Positions 12,923 to 26,213 are shown, counted from the first letter of the whole stretch. The stretch: DNA of 63,552 nucleotides, filler included, from Basidiobolus ranarum (GCA_040143965.1; 41 parts of 41 records of this genome joined end to end with filler, not necessarily neighbours in it), one strand, 5' to 3'. Notes: generated by a model not told the origin, from the sequence alone. Numbers and translations are program-made.

Positions 12923-13298
12923 TATTGGGAAAATATGGGCTGTTTAGAGGAACTCTAGAGAAGTGGAGTTGTGAAAAGCTTTGTAAGATAATTATTTATT
13001 GTCCAGAAATAGAGCATTTATACATTTTGATGCAAATACAGAAAACCAACACTGGGGTTGTGTTCAAAACATCTGTGGGAGTAAAATGGGCTATTTTTGG
13101 GGTAATTTGGATGAGTTTGAATATTCTAATATGGAGTTGTTAATTCTCACATTATTCACATATATATAATATATGTTCCAATTTTCAGTTAAGTGATATT
13201 AGACTAAGTAATATTAACCAACTTATATGTGATATATGAAATAGTTTGGTCTATAAAGATAGAGATAACAAATATGATAAAGACAATAAACTTTGACA
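12923..13298 (-). repeat. Solo LTR, family A, with 5-bp target-site duplication
   Basis: Flanks AATGC / AGTGC. The empty site TTCAATGCCATTCAAA is seen near 62615-62630. Confidence 0.9.
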
Positions 13299-13921
13299 AG
13301 TGCCATTCAAAAAGTGTTGAAAATCTAAATCAAAATTGGCTTCCAAGCCAAAGCCTCATGGCACAAAAGGAAAAAAACCCACAAGAACAGAGGACTTTAT
13401 TGATGAGCAATCTAGTGATCCACCGTCCACTTTGGAAGGCATTTGCATGCAGCAACAAAGTCAAGTAATGCTGAAGCATTAATCAATTTACCAGATGTGT
13501 TCCTTTCTAGTGATAGTGCAAGTGAAGAGATTATAATCCCCCAATTGCATAGTAAGTCAATAGTTGAGCAAAGTTCAACCAAAACACCATCAAGACCATC
13601 AACTTCCACAATGGCTACTTTGCCCACTATTGAACAACCCTCCATAGAAAATTTGGATAGAATTGTTACAACAAGGGAATCACAGGCAGAACACTGTAAT
13701 GATTTGTATGCAATCATAAGTAAAAACTATGAAGTTGCTATACAGGCCATGACAAGCAATAATGCCGCAATATTGCAATTAATGCAGCGTTTGGAAGCAA
13801 CTAGTCAACAGTTAGAGAGTCACTCAACAATGATACAAGACCTTCAGAATGCTATACTTGAGCTACAGCAACATGCTGCTCCCTCCATCCATTCTCATAC
13901 GGGATTTCAATCAATCCCACA
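13299..13921 (+). mobile_element. 5' part of the second ORF of the CACTA-type element (coiled-coil-like)
   Basis: ORF 13443 onward. Its homologue at 62565-63451 continues into the sequence shared with 39103-40326. Confidence 0.6.
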
Positions 13922-14021
13922 NNNNNNNNNNNNNNNNNNNNNNNNNNNNNNNNNNNNNNNNNNNNTTAATTAATTAANNNNNNNNNNNNNNNNNNNNNNN
14001 NNNNNNNNNNNNNNNNNNNNN

Positions 14022-14280
14022 ACAACAGCATATTGCTTCAGTTGAGAAGCGGCACAATGGTGAAAAACATATTGCCTCGGTTGAAAAGCGTCACAATGGT
14101 GAGAAGCATGTTACTTCAGTTGAGAAGCGTCATAATGGCGAAAAGCATGTTGCCTCGGTTGAGAAGCGTCACAATGGCGAAAAACATGTTGCTTCAGTCG
14201 AGAAGCGCCACAATGGCCAACAACATGTTGCTTCAGTCGTGAAACGCCACAATGGCCAACAGCATGTTGCTTCAGCCTAA
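14022..14280 (+). CDS. Kex2-processed repeat peptide precursor, upstream copy (3' end only)
   Basis: Hand translation: QQHIASVEKR HNGEKHIASVEKR HNGEKHVTSVEKR HNGEKHVASVEKR HNGEKHVASVEKR HNGQQHVASVVKR HNGQQHVASA*. AATAAA follows. Confidence 0.88.
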
Positions 14281-14897
14281 TGGTGGCACAATAAACGGCA
14301 AGTACGTAAAGAGGTCAACATTATTATACCTTATTTTCCTATTCTTTCAAGTTATAGAATACCCCAAGCCACTCACATGTTTGTTATATATATATATTTA
14401 TTAATAAATTGATTTGTTCAACTTCAAAAGGAGCCATTGGATTATATTTGCTATGTTTATTCACATATCAGGTTGATTTAAGCAAGTACATCTCTACTCA
14501 AGGATAATGTCAAAATTATATATAAATCATTAGATATATACCTCCCGATTATCACATACATTTAGCACTATGTCAGGGTACGATCCGTATACTGAAAATC
14601 ATACTTATCCTTGCAACAAGTTAATATACATCATACTTTAATATTAGATGACGAAGTTCAACGGAAATAAAGCTATAAGTAGATATAAAGTACTATTGAA
14701 GGTGGGGTCAAACAAACACAATATAAATCCGGTTTAGATAACTAGATGCAACTTCATGTAAGCAAACATATATGGCGTTGGAATCAGGGCATGATTAAAC
14801 TGCAGAGCATCCTGACTGATTACTTATTCCTCCGAAGAAAGTTGCAGTGATCACGCTTGCTCAATTGGCTACAGAAGTAGTTGAGATCTTACTAGAC

Positions 14898-14905
14898 TAT
14901 AAAAG
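14898..14905 (+). promoter_or_regulatory. Candidate TATA box of the downstream repeat precursor
   Basis: TATAAAAG about 140 bp upstream of the ATG at 15040. Confidence 0.55.
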
Positions 14906-15039
14906 AGTCCAGTTATATCTAAAAAGATATTAAGCAATCTCTACTCTTTAGTACAACAATACTAATAGAATTCAACTTGAGGTTTTCAGGATAATTTCTA
15001 CCAAGCAACACCTCTAGCGACAACAATCAGCTTTTCAAA

Positions 15040-15477
15040 ATGCGTTTTAACTCTTTCAGTTTAACAGTATTGGCTTTGGCTTCTCTAGCATTAGCAGGTA
15101 GTAGTCAGGCTGTAAATGTGCAATTCTTAGAGAAGAGGATGACTGAATTAAATGGCCAACATCATGTCGCCTCGGTTGAGAAGCGCCACAATGGTCAACA
15201 GCATGTTGCCTCGGTTGAGAAGCGCCACAATGGACAACAACACGTTGCTTCAGTTGAAAAGCGTCACAATGGTGAGAAGCATGTTGCCTCGGTTGAAAAG
15301 CGTCATAATGGTGAGAAGCATGTTGCCTCGGTCGAGAAGCGCCACAATGGACAACAACACGTTGCTTCTGTTGAGAAGCGTCACAATGGCGAAAAACATG
15401 TTGCCTCGGTTGAGAAGCGTCACAATGGACAACAACATGTTGTCTCAGTCGAGAAGCGTCACAATGGTGAAAAGCAT
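15040..15477 (+). CDS. Secreted Kex2-processed repeat peptide precursor (KEP), downstream copy, 3' truncated
   Basis: Signal peptide MRFNSFSLTVLALASLALAGSSQA, pro-segment ending LEKR, then eight complete KR-terminated units plus a partial ninth of HNG(QQ/EK)HVASVEKR. Variation between units is mostly synonymous. Confidence 0.92.
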
Positions 15478-15577
15478 NNNNNNNNNNNNNNNNNNNNNNN
15501 NNNNNNNNNNNNNNNNNNNNNTTAATTAATTAANNNNNNNNNNNNNNNNNNNNNNNNNNNNNNNNNNNNNNNNNNNN

Positions 15578-17033
15578 GGTATTACCAATATACTTGATGG
15601 ATATCACTACCCAAATCTGAAAAGTCAAGGTTTCTTTGAGAACACATATGATCATGCATTTGCATTGGCTCTGGATGGTTTCTCACTAAACAAATATACC
15701 GTTGGAAAGGCTTGCTGGCCAATAATTTTAATTAACTTAAATCTTCCTCCTTCTGAACAGTATAAGAGTCATAATATTTTGATACTATCCATCATATCTG
15801 GACCTAAATCACCAGTGCTTATAGATAGCTTCTTGGAGCCTTTGATTGCAGAATTTGAATGGTTATCTAATGGGGTTCAGATGGGTGAATATTTTATTAA
15901 GGCTAATATCCTTGTATGTATTGGTAACACTCCTGCCATCAGTAAACTTGGAGGTTTTTGCAGGAACAATGCACTATCTTGCTGTAGATTTTGTCAAATC
16001 AATGGAGTTTACTCATTCAAGCATATACTTTACTATTATCCAAATACAGAACTAAACTCCATGATTTTATCATCAAGAGGCCAGTCAAATTTCAACATGA
16101 TCACTAATATCACCTCACTAAATAGTCAGTCTAACATCAAACTTGTTATTAGCCAAAGCCTAGGGTCATATTGCTCAAGGGGTTCAGCTGGAGTCGGAGC
16201 GTCCCATTAGGCACTATGCACTTACTATTCCATAACATTGCAGTATTACTTACTCAGCTATATAGCAGCAAATTCATTATGGATGAGCCATTGGAGATAG
16301 GATCTAAGTTTGAATTGATTAAGAAAATGCTTGAAAACATCAAGATACCATCATATTTTACCATGACTTTCAATAATATCCACTCATCTAGGTGTTTATT
16401 CAACTGGAAAGATTAGAAAGATTGGAAGTATTGAATTCTTATATATTCAAGTCAAATTACAAAAAGATTTCTGCCCAATAAGTATTGGCAACATTGGGAG
16501 TTGTTTGTTGATATTGTTAATACATTCTTATGGCATTAACTCACATTGCCAGATCTGAGGCAGATACAGCAACAGTGCAAAGATTTTGTAATTGGATACA
16601 AACCACTTTATTATAGGCTTAAAGAAAATAGTCTGAATGTACGCCAGTATTCAATACATTCCCTGCTCCATCTTTCTCAATGCTTAGAGATTATAGGCCC
16701 TTGCTGTACAATCTGGGAGTTTCCAATGGAGCATACATGTGGTGAAGCAATGCTCCATATGAAATTGTCAGTGTTACCATATGCAAATCTGATTAACAAT
16801 GTATCAGCAAAATCAGTGATGGATGTCATGCAATGGGTTAAGGAGACTCCAAAGTATATTAACCTTCCAACAAAAGGCTCTTTTCAATGTGTGCATGGGT
16901 TTGCACATTGTTTGAGCACAATAACAGCAACAAAGCCCAATCCTTGGACACAGAGTAAGTACCTCTATAATTCAGACTAACTTGTTTGTTTTATTATTTG
17001 ATGGTGTCAGTTGGAATGCTGCAACACAGACTT
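15578..17033 (+). mobile_element. CACTA/EnSpm transposase core, decayed
   Basis: LALDGF, GPKSP..DSFLEPLIAEF, CRFCQING, MHLLFHNI, HSLLHL..IGP..WEFPME. Confidence 0.85.
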
Positions 17034-17133
17034 NNNNNNNNNNNNNNNNNNNNNNNNNNNNNNNNNNNNNNNNNNNNTTAATTAATTAANNNNNNNNNNN
17101 NNNNNNNNNNNNNNNNNNNNNNNNNNNNNNNNN

Positions 17134-17627
17134 GTCTGGTGTTGACCATGCAGATATCTGGGAAGAACTTAATACAGAGTGGCACAATATTGCAGGGTAT
17201 CTGCCAGATAGCTGGAAGAATGTTGATTCAGCAACATTAATACATTGGTGGGCTTTGATGGAGATATTGATACAAACTCCTGTTGGGTATGAGCTAAACC
17301 TGGGTATGAAGAAGTCCATATAAATATTCAGGAGAATATATCAAAGAGACTAGGGATTTCAAAGGTGATGAATTAGCATTCAAGTGGTAATTGTGTAAAA
17401 TTTGAGTTATGTTTTTGACACATGTGTTAATTCATAGTTCTCTGAGATTGAGGCCAATCATGCTCAACTATTTTTCAAAATCTTGAAATTTCACTCCTGA
17501 AAATGAAAAAATTGATTAAAATTAAATCTGACTTGACAATTTTATGATGGGAAGCAAATGGTCAATCCAAAACAGATTAAAGTTGTGAGAGTTTTCTATG
17601 ATAACAATCCTCAAATTTCTGTTAGAG
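17134..17627 (+). mobile_element. 3' end of CACTA second ORF running into a terminal repeat
   Basis: VDHADIWEELNTEWHNIAGYLPDSW; ends ATTTCTGTTAGAG, a degenerate reverse complement of CCCTAACAGAAAT. Confidence 0.7.
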
Positions 17628-18588
17628 GACTCTTTGTTAGTGTTGAGCATTGGTCCACTGATAACACTTAAAGTAAAGGAAGCAGCTTTGATTATTGAAG
17701 AGTGGAGAGTTCAATCCAATCTTAGCAACCAGGTGTTTATTGGTTTTCTTACACTTTGACACAGTTGATTAGGAACTGTTGCTTGCTACAGACCTGGTAC
17801 AAGTGGAAAACACTTGTCAATTTTATGACTTACAATTCTTCAGTAATTAAACTACCTTCATGTCCAAACGGTTGTTTGGCTTTCACTGGTGATCTGAAAA
17901 ACCGGAGGTCATGTACTGTTTGCACACAATTGGCAATCACTGAATCAGATAAATATTGTTCATATTTGGCTTACATACCATTGATTTCCCATCCTAAAGT
18001 TTTGATGAAATCTCCAAAATATAGATCTTTGACCCAATACCAAAGTACTCATCATGAAGCTGATGGTATTATCAATTTACTTCACAGAGATCACTTCCAG
18101 AATGTGAAAAGTCAAGGTTTTGTTGAGAATATGTATGATAGTGAATTTGCATTGGCTCTGGATGGTTTCTTGCTAAACAAATATACCATTGAAAAGGCTT
18201 GTTGGCCAATAATTTTATTTAACTTATATCTCTCTCTTGCTGAATGGTATAGCAATCATAATATTTTGATACTATCCATCTTATCTGGATGTAAATCACC
18301 GGTGCTTATAGATAGCTTCTTGGAGCCTTTGACTGTGGAATTTGAGTGGCTTTCTAATAGGGTTGAGATGGGTGAATAACTTATTAAAGCTAACATCACT
18401 TTATGTATTGGTTACACTGCTGCCATTGGTAAACCTGGAGGCTTTTGTGGGCACAATGCACTATCTTGCTATGCATTTTGTCAAATCAATTGAATTTACT
18501 CTTAAGCAATTACTCTTTTTAGATCATTTTGAAGTAAAGCACTTGAAGCTCCAAAGAAAGCAGTTAATGCTCCTATCCAAGTTATTAC
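17628..18588 (+). mobile_element. CACTA transposase N-terminal half, decayed
   Basis: ORF 17756-18379, homologous to 1-496. Confidence 0.82.
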
Positions 18589-18688
18589 NNNNNNNNNNNN
18601 NNNNNNNNNNNNNNNNNNNNNNNNNNNNNNNNTTAATTAATTAANNNNNNNNNNNNNNNNNNNNNNNNNNNNNNNNNNNNNNNNNNNN

Positions 18689-20143
18689 ATCTATATGGAG
18701 CAACCAGAGGGTTTTGTTGACCCAAAACCCTGATATGGTAAGTAAACTGCAAAATCTCTATATGGACCCAAGCAAGCACACAGGGCTTGATACATCAAGA
18801 CAGATACCTATTTGGAGTCACTGATATTCCAAAAATGCACAACAGATCACAGTATTTACTTCAAAACAACCAGAAATAGAGTTCTTATCTTGGCACTATA
18901 TGAGGAGGACTTGATTATAGCCACAAATGATTGACAAGCACTTAATCAGACAAAAAGCAGCTTATTAAGCCAATTTTTGATGATTGATGTGGGTGAATTA
19001 AGTTTTTTTTTAGAATCCAAATCAAAAGATAAACCCAATAAGAAACTCATGCTGCCTTCATTGTAATACATCCTAGGCATCCAAAAACACTTCAACGTGG
19101 AGAATAGCAAGCCCATTTTCAAGGTGAATGTAAGCACAATTTCATCCTATTTGGCCCAAAATGACTTAAATCAAAGCCAGCAGTTCCCTTCTCAATCCAT
19201 GGTAGGTAGTTTAATGTATACAATGGTTGGAACAGTTCCAGACATTCCTGCGGTAGTAGGAGCTGCTAGCCAATATCTCAAAAATTGAAGATCTGAGAAC
19301 AGAACTGCATGCAACAAATCTTTGGATGTACAGGCAGAGTTACAAATCTGGTTCTGAAATTATGTGGCACTTCTGATGCATGAATTTTTGAAGGCTTCAG
19401 TGATGCAGACTGGTGAAGAAACCTTAATGATAGAAGATTAACAACTGGGTAAACTTTTCTCTATGATGATGGAGCCATAACTTGGAATAGTAACAAGCAG
19501 CCAACCATGGCACTTTCCACTACAGAAGCAGAGTATATGGCTGCCTCTGCTACCACTCAGGAAGCTATCTGGTTAAGATAGTCATTTACAGACTCATGAT
19601 ACATGCAAAAAAATGCTATTACTCTATTTGAAGATAATCAAAGTTGTATTTCATTAGCTAAAAACCCTATGTTGCAGGCTAAGACAAATTATTTAGATAT
19701 AAGGCAACTTTTTGTTTGAGAAGCAATAATGAATTCCTCAATTCCACTTGGCTATTGTGTACTGAAAAAACTTAATCAAACTTTTAGTTAAAGCACAATT
19801 TGAAATATCAAGATTTCAGTTAGGTTTAAGAGAATTACAAATAATTATTGCGAGGAACATTAAGATTAGCTGAATAGCATTCTGAATGTTTAACACTCAA
19901 TCCTACCATTAAAAAACTTGTGTTTATTGCTCTAATTGATGAAAAAATATAAATATATTACCTTCACCAATTTTAGGTTGTTAGGTAAACAGCAACTCAT
20001 TATTTAGTAGTTAGTTTATTTATATTCAGATTATTTAGCACTCAATTCTACCATTCAAAAACATGTGTTTATAGCCCTAACTGATAGAATTATCAAACAG
20101 CTCACTTTTACCAATTTTCACTATTTTCTAAAAACTTCTCCAA
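18689..20143 (+). mobile_element. Copia RT and RNase H remnant with 3' LTR (family C)
   Basis: YMEQPEGF, GSLMYTMVGT, ALSTTEAEYMAA, EDNQSCI. The tail matches the reverse complement of 51609-51780. Confidence 0.88.
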
Positions 20144-20243
20144 NNNNNNNNNNNNNNNNNNNNNNNNNNNNNNNNNNNNNNNNNNNNTTAATTAATTAAN
20201 NNNNNNNNNNNNNNNNNNNNNNNNNNNNNNNNNNNNNNNNNNN

Positions 20244-20939
20244 CTACAAAGGAGGCTATGTGGTTAATAAACTGCTCAAAGACTTGGGCATTTTCCAAAG
20301 CTCACCCACCAAAATTTTCAAGGATAATCAAAGTTGTAGTTCTTTAGCTAAAAATCCCAAATTTCATGCTAGAAGTAAGCACATTGACATTCAACATCAC
20401 TTTGTTAGGGAAGCTATTGAGAAAAAGCATGTCCAACTAGGGTACTGTCCCACTGAGGACATGATTACTGGCACCCTTACCAGAATATTACCCAAGCCAA
20501 AATTTGAAGAATGAAGATTTAAGTTTGGATTAAGATATACAAATATTTAGTTAAGTGGGAGTGTTGAAGTTTATTGTCTTTATCACATTTGTTCTCTCTA
20601 TCCTTATACACCTAACTATCTCATATATCACATATAAGTTAGTTAATGTTACTTAGTCAAATATCACGTAACAGCAAATCAGAACATATATTATATAAAT
20701 ATGTGAATAATGTGAGATTTTGCAGTTTCATATTGGATATTTCAAGCTTGTCCCAATTGCCCCAAAGATATCTCATTTTACTCTCACAGACGTTCTGAAC
20801 ACAACCCCAGTGTTAGTTTTTTGTATTTCCATCAAAATGCATAAATGCTTTATTTCTGGACAATAAACAATTGTCTCACAAAGCTATTCACAACTCCACT
20901 TTTCTAAAGTTCCTCCAACCAGCCCATATTTTCCCAACA
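20244..20939 (+). mobile_element. Copia family A RNase H end, polypurine tract and 3' LTR (20562-20939)
   Basis: KNPKFHARSKHIDIQHHFVRE, AAGTGGGAG, TGTTGAAG...CCCAACA. Confidence 0.92.
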
Positions 20940-21300
20940 GAATGATATCTTCAGAGAGTATCTTGACCAGTTTGTGGTAATCTACTTTGATGATATCATT
21001 GCCTTCTCAAGCTCTCAAGAAAAACATAATATTCATGCTTTCCAACTCCTAGAAAAGTAGAAAACCTCTGGTCTCCAAGCTAAACTTGAGAAATGTGAGT
21101 TTGACCAAGCTCAAGTTGAATTACTTGTATATAACATCAGCCAATCAGGCATTTCCATGGACCCCAAGGAGGTTGAATCTGTTCTGTCTTGGGATACTCC
21201 CAGGAGTGTGAAGGATGTCTAATCTTTCCTTGGATTTGCAAACTTTCTCAACAGTTTGTCAAGAACTACTTCAAACTATCTGCTCCATTAACAAACCGTA
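20940..21300 (+). mobile_element. Ty3/Gypsy reverse transcriptase fragment (target of the Copia insertion)
   Basis: Hand translation: NDIFREYLDQFVVIYFDDIIAFS..KLEKCEF..GISMDPKEVESVLSWDTPRSVKDV*SFLGFANF. Confidence 0.88.
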
Positions 21301-21607
21301 CAAAGAAAAACTCCTTTATATATATATGAATAATGAGAGAATTAGCAATTTCATATTGGAAATTGCAAACTTGTCCAAATTGCCCCAAAGACAGCTCATT
21401 TTACTCCCACAGATGTTCTGAACACAACCGCAGTGTTAGTTTTCTGTATTTCCATCAAAATCTATAAGTACTGTATTTCTGGACAATAAATAAGTATCTC
21501 ACAAAGCTATTCACAGCTCAACTTTTCTAAAGCTCCTCCAGACAGCCCATATTTTCCCAATAATATTGAGGACAGAAGATGTATCACTGGATATACCTTT
21601 CTCTATA

Positions 21608-21698
21608 CCCTAACAGAAATTTGAGGATTGTTATCGTAGGAAAACCGTCACAATTTTAATCCATTTGGGATTGACCATTTACTTACTGTCATAAAATT
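21608..21698 (+). mobile_element. CACTA-type terminus CCCTAACAGAAAT (end 1), inserted in Copia RNase H
   Basis: The same sequence begins abruptly in unrelated flanks at 29383, 46801 and 48743. Confidence 0.8.
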
Positions 21699-21798
21699 NN
21701 NNNNNNNNNNNNNNNNNNNNNNNNNNNNNNNNNNNNNNNNNNTTAATTAATTAANNNNNNNNNNNNNNNNNNNNNNNNNNNNNNNNNNNNNNNNNNNN

Positions 21799-21933
21799 TG
21801 GGACCAGGCTGCTCAGGTTCTCTAGAACTTGAGCTAGCCATCTGAGCTTCTCTTCAACCGGAACCAACCGATTGGGCGTCAGTTAGTAAGAAGGAATTCA
21901 TTCGTGGTGATGGATCCAACTAACTTTTTTCAT
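21799..21933 (-). other. Possible 5' end of a host gene with a short intron
   Basis: Minus strand reads ATGAAAAAA/GTTAGT...TACTAAC...AG in CpG-retaining sequence. Frame and product are unresolved. Confidence 0.3.
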
Positions 21934-23160
21934 TGGATCGAAGTGACCAATTTTAGATGAGAATCGAGTAAATTAGCCAGAGATTGGATTGATGTGACAA
22001 AGATTAGCTCGAAACACTATACGTATACAGGTTCGGGTTGGGTGACGTTTAGCTGGCTGATGGTTGATGGTAGATGATGGATTGTCGGTCAAGATGATTG
22101 GGGCTAGGGTTGGATTGGTACTCTTCCAGTGGATGCCAGAGAGTGTCGAACCCGAAAATACTAATATTCACTGAGATCGCGAGGATCGCGGTTCCACCTG
22201 AGTAGGAATCTTAATGTTTGATCTTCCACAATGGGTGTTTCCGGATCTTCTTGATAAGAGCCAATCGTTTACCAATCATCTGGATCTCCTCTATTCCACA
22301 CTCAAGTCGCCTTATCCTATGATGTTGGACTATCCCAGTGAAGTATTCGAGATCACTTCACCATGAAACGAGTTTGGTACAATAGTTTAACTTAAACACC
22401 CCCCAGACATACATAGTCAATAGCTCATTAGATCACGTTTCTAACTCTAAGCTACAGAAAGCGATCCTCTCAATACTCCATTTTGATTGGATCTTGTGAC
22501 AGAAGTGAAGTAAGGGCTAGTTTGGAGAGAGAGTACTTGGTTTCAACCACATTCGTAGGCTTAACATATGACCGGCTGATAAGAGGATGACGTTCATGCT
22601 AAGCATAAAATCTATCTTAAACGTAGTGTCAATCTCTGAACTTAATGCCCCCAAAACCTTAACCAAGGAAAATTTGCTTAGCCGTAGCATAGTAAATGAG
22701 TAGCATATTTGCATGAACAATGAAAAATCCAAGATAGGATGAGTCATCCGAGTTCCTCACCTCGCAAATATTCTGGTGAAAAGGTTCCATTACCTGAGAC
22801 CTAGAGAAATGATTTCCAATCAATTTCTTTAACTTGACCATTAACTCTATGAAAACCATTCGCTTATTTCCGAATTTTTTAGCACAGAATTAAACTTTTC
22901 AACCACAATCTGTATGTTAACAGTAAATTAATTAGCCACTAATCTTTGTGGAATTAGGAAGTTGATCTCTGTCCTAATGGATGACATATAATTCTAATTA
23001 ATGGTATTATGTTTGTGTTTGGATGGAAAATGTAGATGGTTTTCAGCTAATGATCAGTACTATGCTAAGTGACATATATAGTCACTATATTATAACTTTA
23101 ACTTTATATCTATGCCATAGTAGCAGCATGAATTGTTAATAGTGTTGGTGTATAGTATAA

Positions 23161-23252
23161 GCCCATATTTTCCCAATAGGTTATGAGCCCTGTGTTCTAA
23201 TCTTTACAGCATGATAGAAACCACTACTACCACTTTTATTAACTCAAGTGTT
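23161..23252 (+). mobile_element. Copia family A LTR end, PBS and gag start
   Basis: CCCAATA-GGTTATGAGCCC..MIETTTTTFINSSV. Confidence 0.85.
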
Positions 23253-23352
23253 NNNNNNNNNNNNNNNNNNNNNNNNNNNNNNNNNNNNNNNNNNNNTTAA
23301 TTAATTAANNNNNNNNNNNNNNNNNNNNNNNNNNNNNNNNNNNNNNNNNNNN

Positions 23353-24806
23353 AGAAAAGCATCCTATTCTCAAATGTTCTGCTGTAAATACTGTGAGCTG
23401 CTGTGCATATTTGGAATTTCAGTGATTCTAAATAGATATCTATCTTGCTGTACCATGCCTTGGGTGCTTGCTTGAGTCCGTGTAGCAATTTCCGCAGTTT
23501 GCAGACTATATCAGGATGTTTTGGATCAACAAGTCCATGTGGTTGCTCCATATAGATCTCTTGTTCTAGTTTTCCATTCAGAAAGGCTGCTTCTACATCC
23601 ATTCAATGTAAATCAGGGTTATTGATGACTAAGAGTGCCATGATTGGTCTAATGGAGTTAAACTTAGCTACTGGAGCAGAAGTTTCATTAAAATTGACTC
23701 CTAGAGTTTAGGTATAACCTTTAGTAACTATTCTTGCTTTGTACCCTTCTATGGTTTCATCAGCTTGATTTTTGACTTTGTAGACCCATTTGCAATCTAT
23801 TTGTTTTCTTCCTGATGGTTATGGACTTAAAACTCATGTTTTATTGTCCTGAAGTGAAGAAAACTCAGCAGACATTGCTTTTTTCCATAATTTGGATTCT
23901 GGACAATCCAGTGCTTGATCTAGAGTCTGTGGTACACCACAGAATGCTGCATAAGCATATACATTGTCATTGAAGGTGTTTTGCCAGTTTCTTGGCTTCT
24001 TTCTGCTTCCGGATGATCTTCTGGGTCCTGAATCATCCTCTGATGGAATCAGGAGTGGATTTCTGGTTGAATAGGGCTCAGATACAGCTGCAATTTTGTC
24101 AGACACTTCCTGAGTAGTGCTGATGTTTTCCAGATCAAGAACTGTGATTTGAGGTAAAACATTTGCTTTTTCATCAAACATCACATCTCTGCATTTAGTT
24201 AAATTCTGATTTTTGGTATCAAACAGTCTGCAGGCTTTAGATACATAAAAATAATCAAGTAATATGCATTTTCTGCTTTTGGGTTTCAATTTAGAGCATG
24301 TTTGAGCTGGACTTAGGCATTATGCTATTCTAGCAAAGATCCTGAGATGATCTACACTTTATTTTGATCCATATAGGGCTTCAAATGGAGTAGAATTTTG
24401 TAGCAATCTTGTTGGGCATCTGTTTTTGATATGGATTGCAGTGGAGACAGATTCAGTGCAATATTGGTAATCTAAATTTTGATCATGTGACATTGATCAT
24501 GGCATCTCCACTATGGCCCTATTATCACATTCTGCAACTCCATTTTGCTGTGGATTATAAGGTACAGTAGTTTGTTGCTTAATTCCATATTTAGAACAAA
24601 AAACTAGTAAAGTCTTTACAGCAGTATTCCCACCATTATCACTCCTTAGTACCCTTATTTTTTTGCTGATTCTTTCTCTACCAATGCTTTGTAGTGCTTG
24701 AACATAGCTAAGGCTTCAGATCTTGATTTGAGAAGGAATACCCAAGTATATCTTGTTTTGTCATCAATAAAGGTCATAAAGTACCTTTTCCCACCCAGTG
24801 AGACGT
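23353..24806 (-). mobile_element. Copia integrase-RT, decayed
   Basis: SDNGGEY-like motif, [28 protein letters not shown]. Confidence 0.92.
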
Positions 24807-24906
24807 NNNNNNNNNNNNNNNNNNNNNNNNNNNNNNNNNNNNNNNNNNNNTTAATTAATTAANNNNNNNNNNNNNNNNNNNNNNNNNNNNNNNNNNNNNN
24901 NNNNNN

Positions 24907-26213
24907 GACATATTGGATCTGATTTTTTGAGCAAAGTGATCAAAAATCTCCTAATTTCTAGAACTCAAATCAATCCTCAACCCAAAATGGAAATTTGTGA
25001 GGGTTGTATATATGTAAAACAAGCCAGCAACCATTCCAGAGCTCTGGTTTAACCAAATCTGTCAATAAAATGGATCTAATTCATTCAGATATGTGTGGAC
25101 CTATGCAAAATTTATCTTTAGGCAGAATAAGATATTTAATCACACTGCTTGATGATTATACAAGAAACACTTCAGCCTACTCTATGGAAAGAAAAGAAAA
25201 AGCTCTCTTTATCTTGAGAGATTTTAAAATACTTGTGGAGACTGAAACCAAAACTAAAAACAAGAAAATCTATAGTTGTAATGGTGGAGAATATACTTCA
25301 ACACTATTTAAGCACATTTGCAAAGTTCATGGAATCAATCAAGAAACTACTGCCCCATATTCATCTCAACAAAATGGAATTGCTGAAAGAGCTAACAGGA
25401 CTATAACAGATATGGCAAGATCTATGATAAATGCACAAAATTTATCTCATAACTTTTATGCAGAATCTGTTGCTACAGCTGTATATCTGAAGAATAGGAG
25501 CTTTACTAGCAGTCTGTCTAACTCTACACTATATCAAGGTTGGTTTGGAGTTAAACCTGATATAAAACATTTGAGGATCTTTGGATGCATTGTTTATGTC
25601 AGAGTTGTGACCAAAAATTAGTCTATATTTGAACCAAAAGGTGAGAAATGAATATTTCTAGGTTATTGTACACAAACCAAGGCCTACAGACTCTATGATA
25701 CCAAGATTTCCCAGTTATTCAAGTCCAGGGATGTTATGTTTAATGAAAATAAAAATATTCACCCAAAATGATCTCAGATGATGATGTAAATCAACTTTCT
25801 CCTGATCCAATCATTCAGATTGATTCAAACCAAAACAATGAAGAAAAAAGCATTCCTGTGGACCCTTCAACCATGATTTTGCCTACTGAAGTGCCCAATA
25901 CAATTCCAGAAGTTGTAGTACCCTTATCCCAAACCAGGAGATTAAATTGTATCACAAATAGCCCTGATTATTGAATCAATAAGTCCTAGAATTGGGCAAA
26001 TGCCTGCACAGCTCAAATATATGAGCCCCAGACTGTAAAAGATATTGAAATTAGCATCTATATAGTCATATATAACTTAGTACTTAGTTATGTTATAATT
26101 CACTAAGATATTATCCATCATTCTCATAAGGAATTTATTTAGGATATTTTACTAACTTAGAAGTTCTCAGATATATAGATTTTTTCAAACTTGTACTAGA
26201 AGCCCCAAACTTT
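24907..26213 (+). mobile_element. Copia integrase, interrupted near 26043 by LTR family B
   Basis: LIHSDMCGPM, NGGEY, QQNGIAERANRT. Confidence 0.92.

Noticed and set aside
14033-15529. Met-rich ORFs 14033-14242, 15152-15529 and 15250-15438
   Set aside because: Shifted or antisense frames of the 39-bp repeat. Synonymous variation supports the HNG..KR frame.
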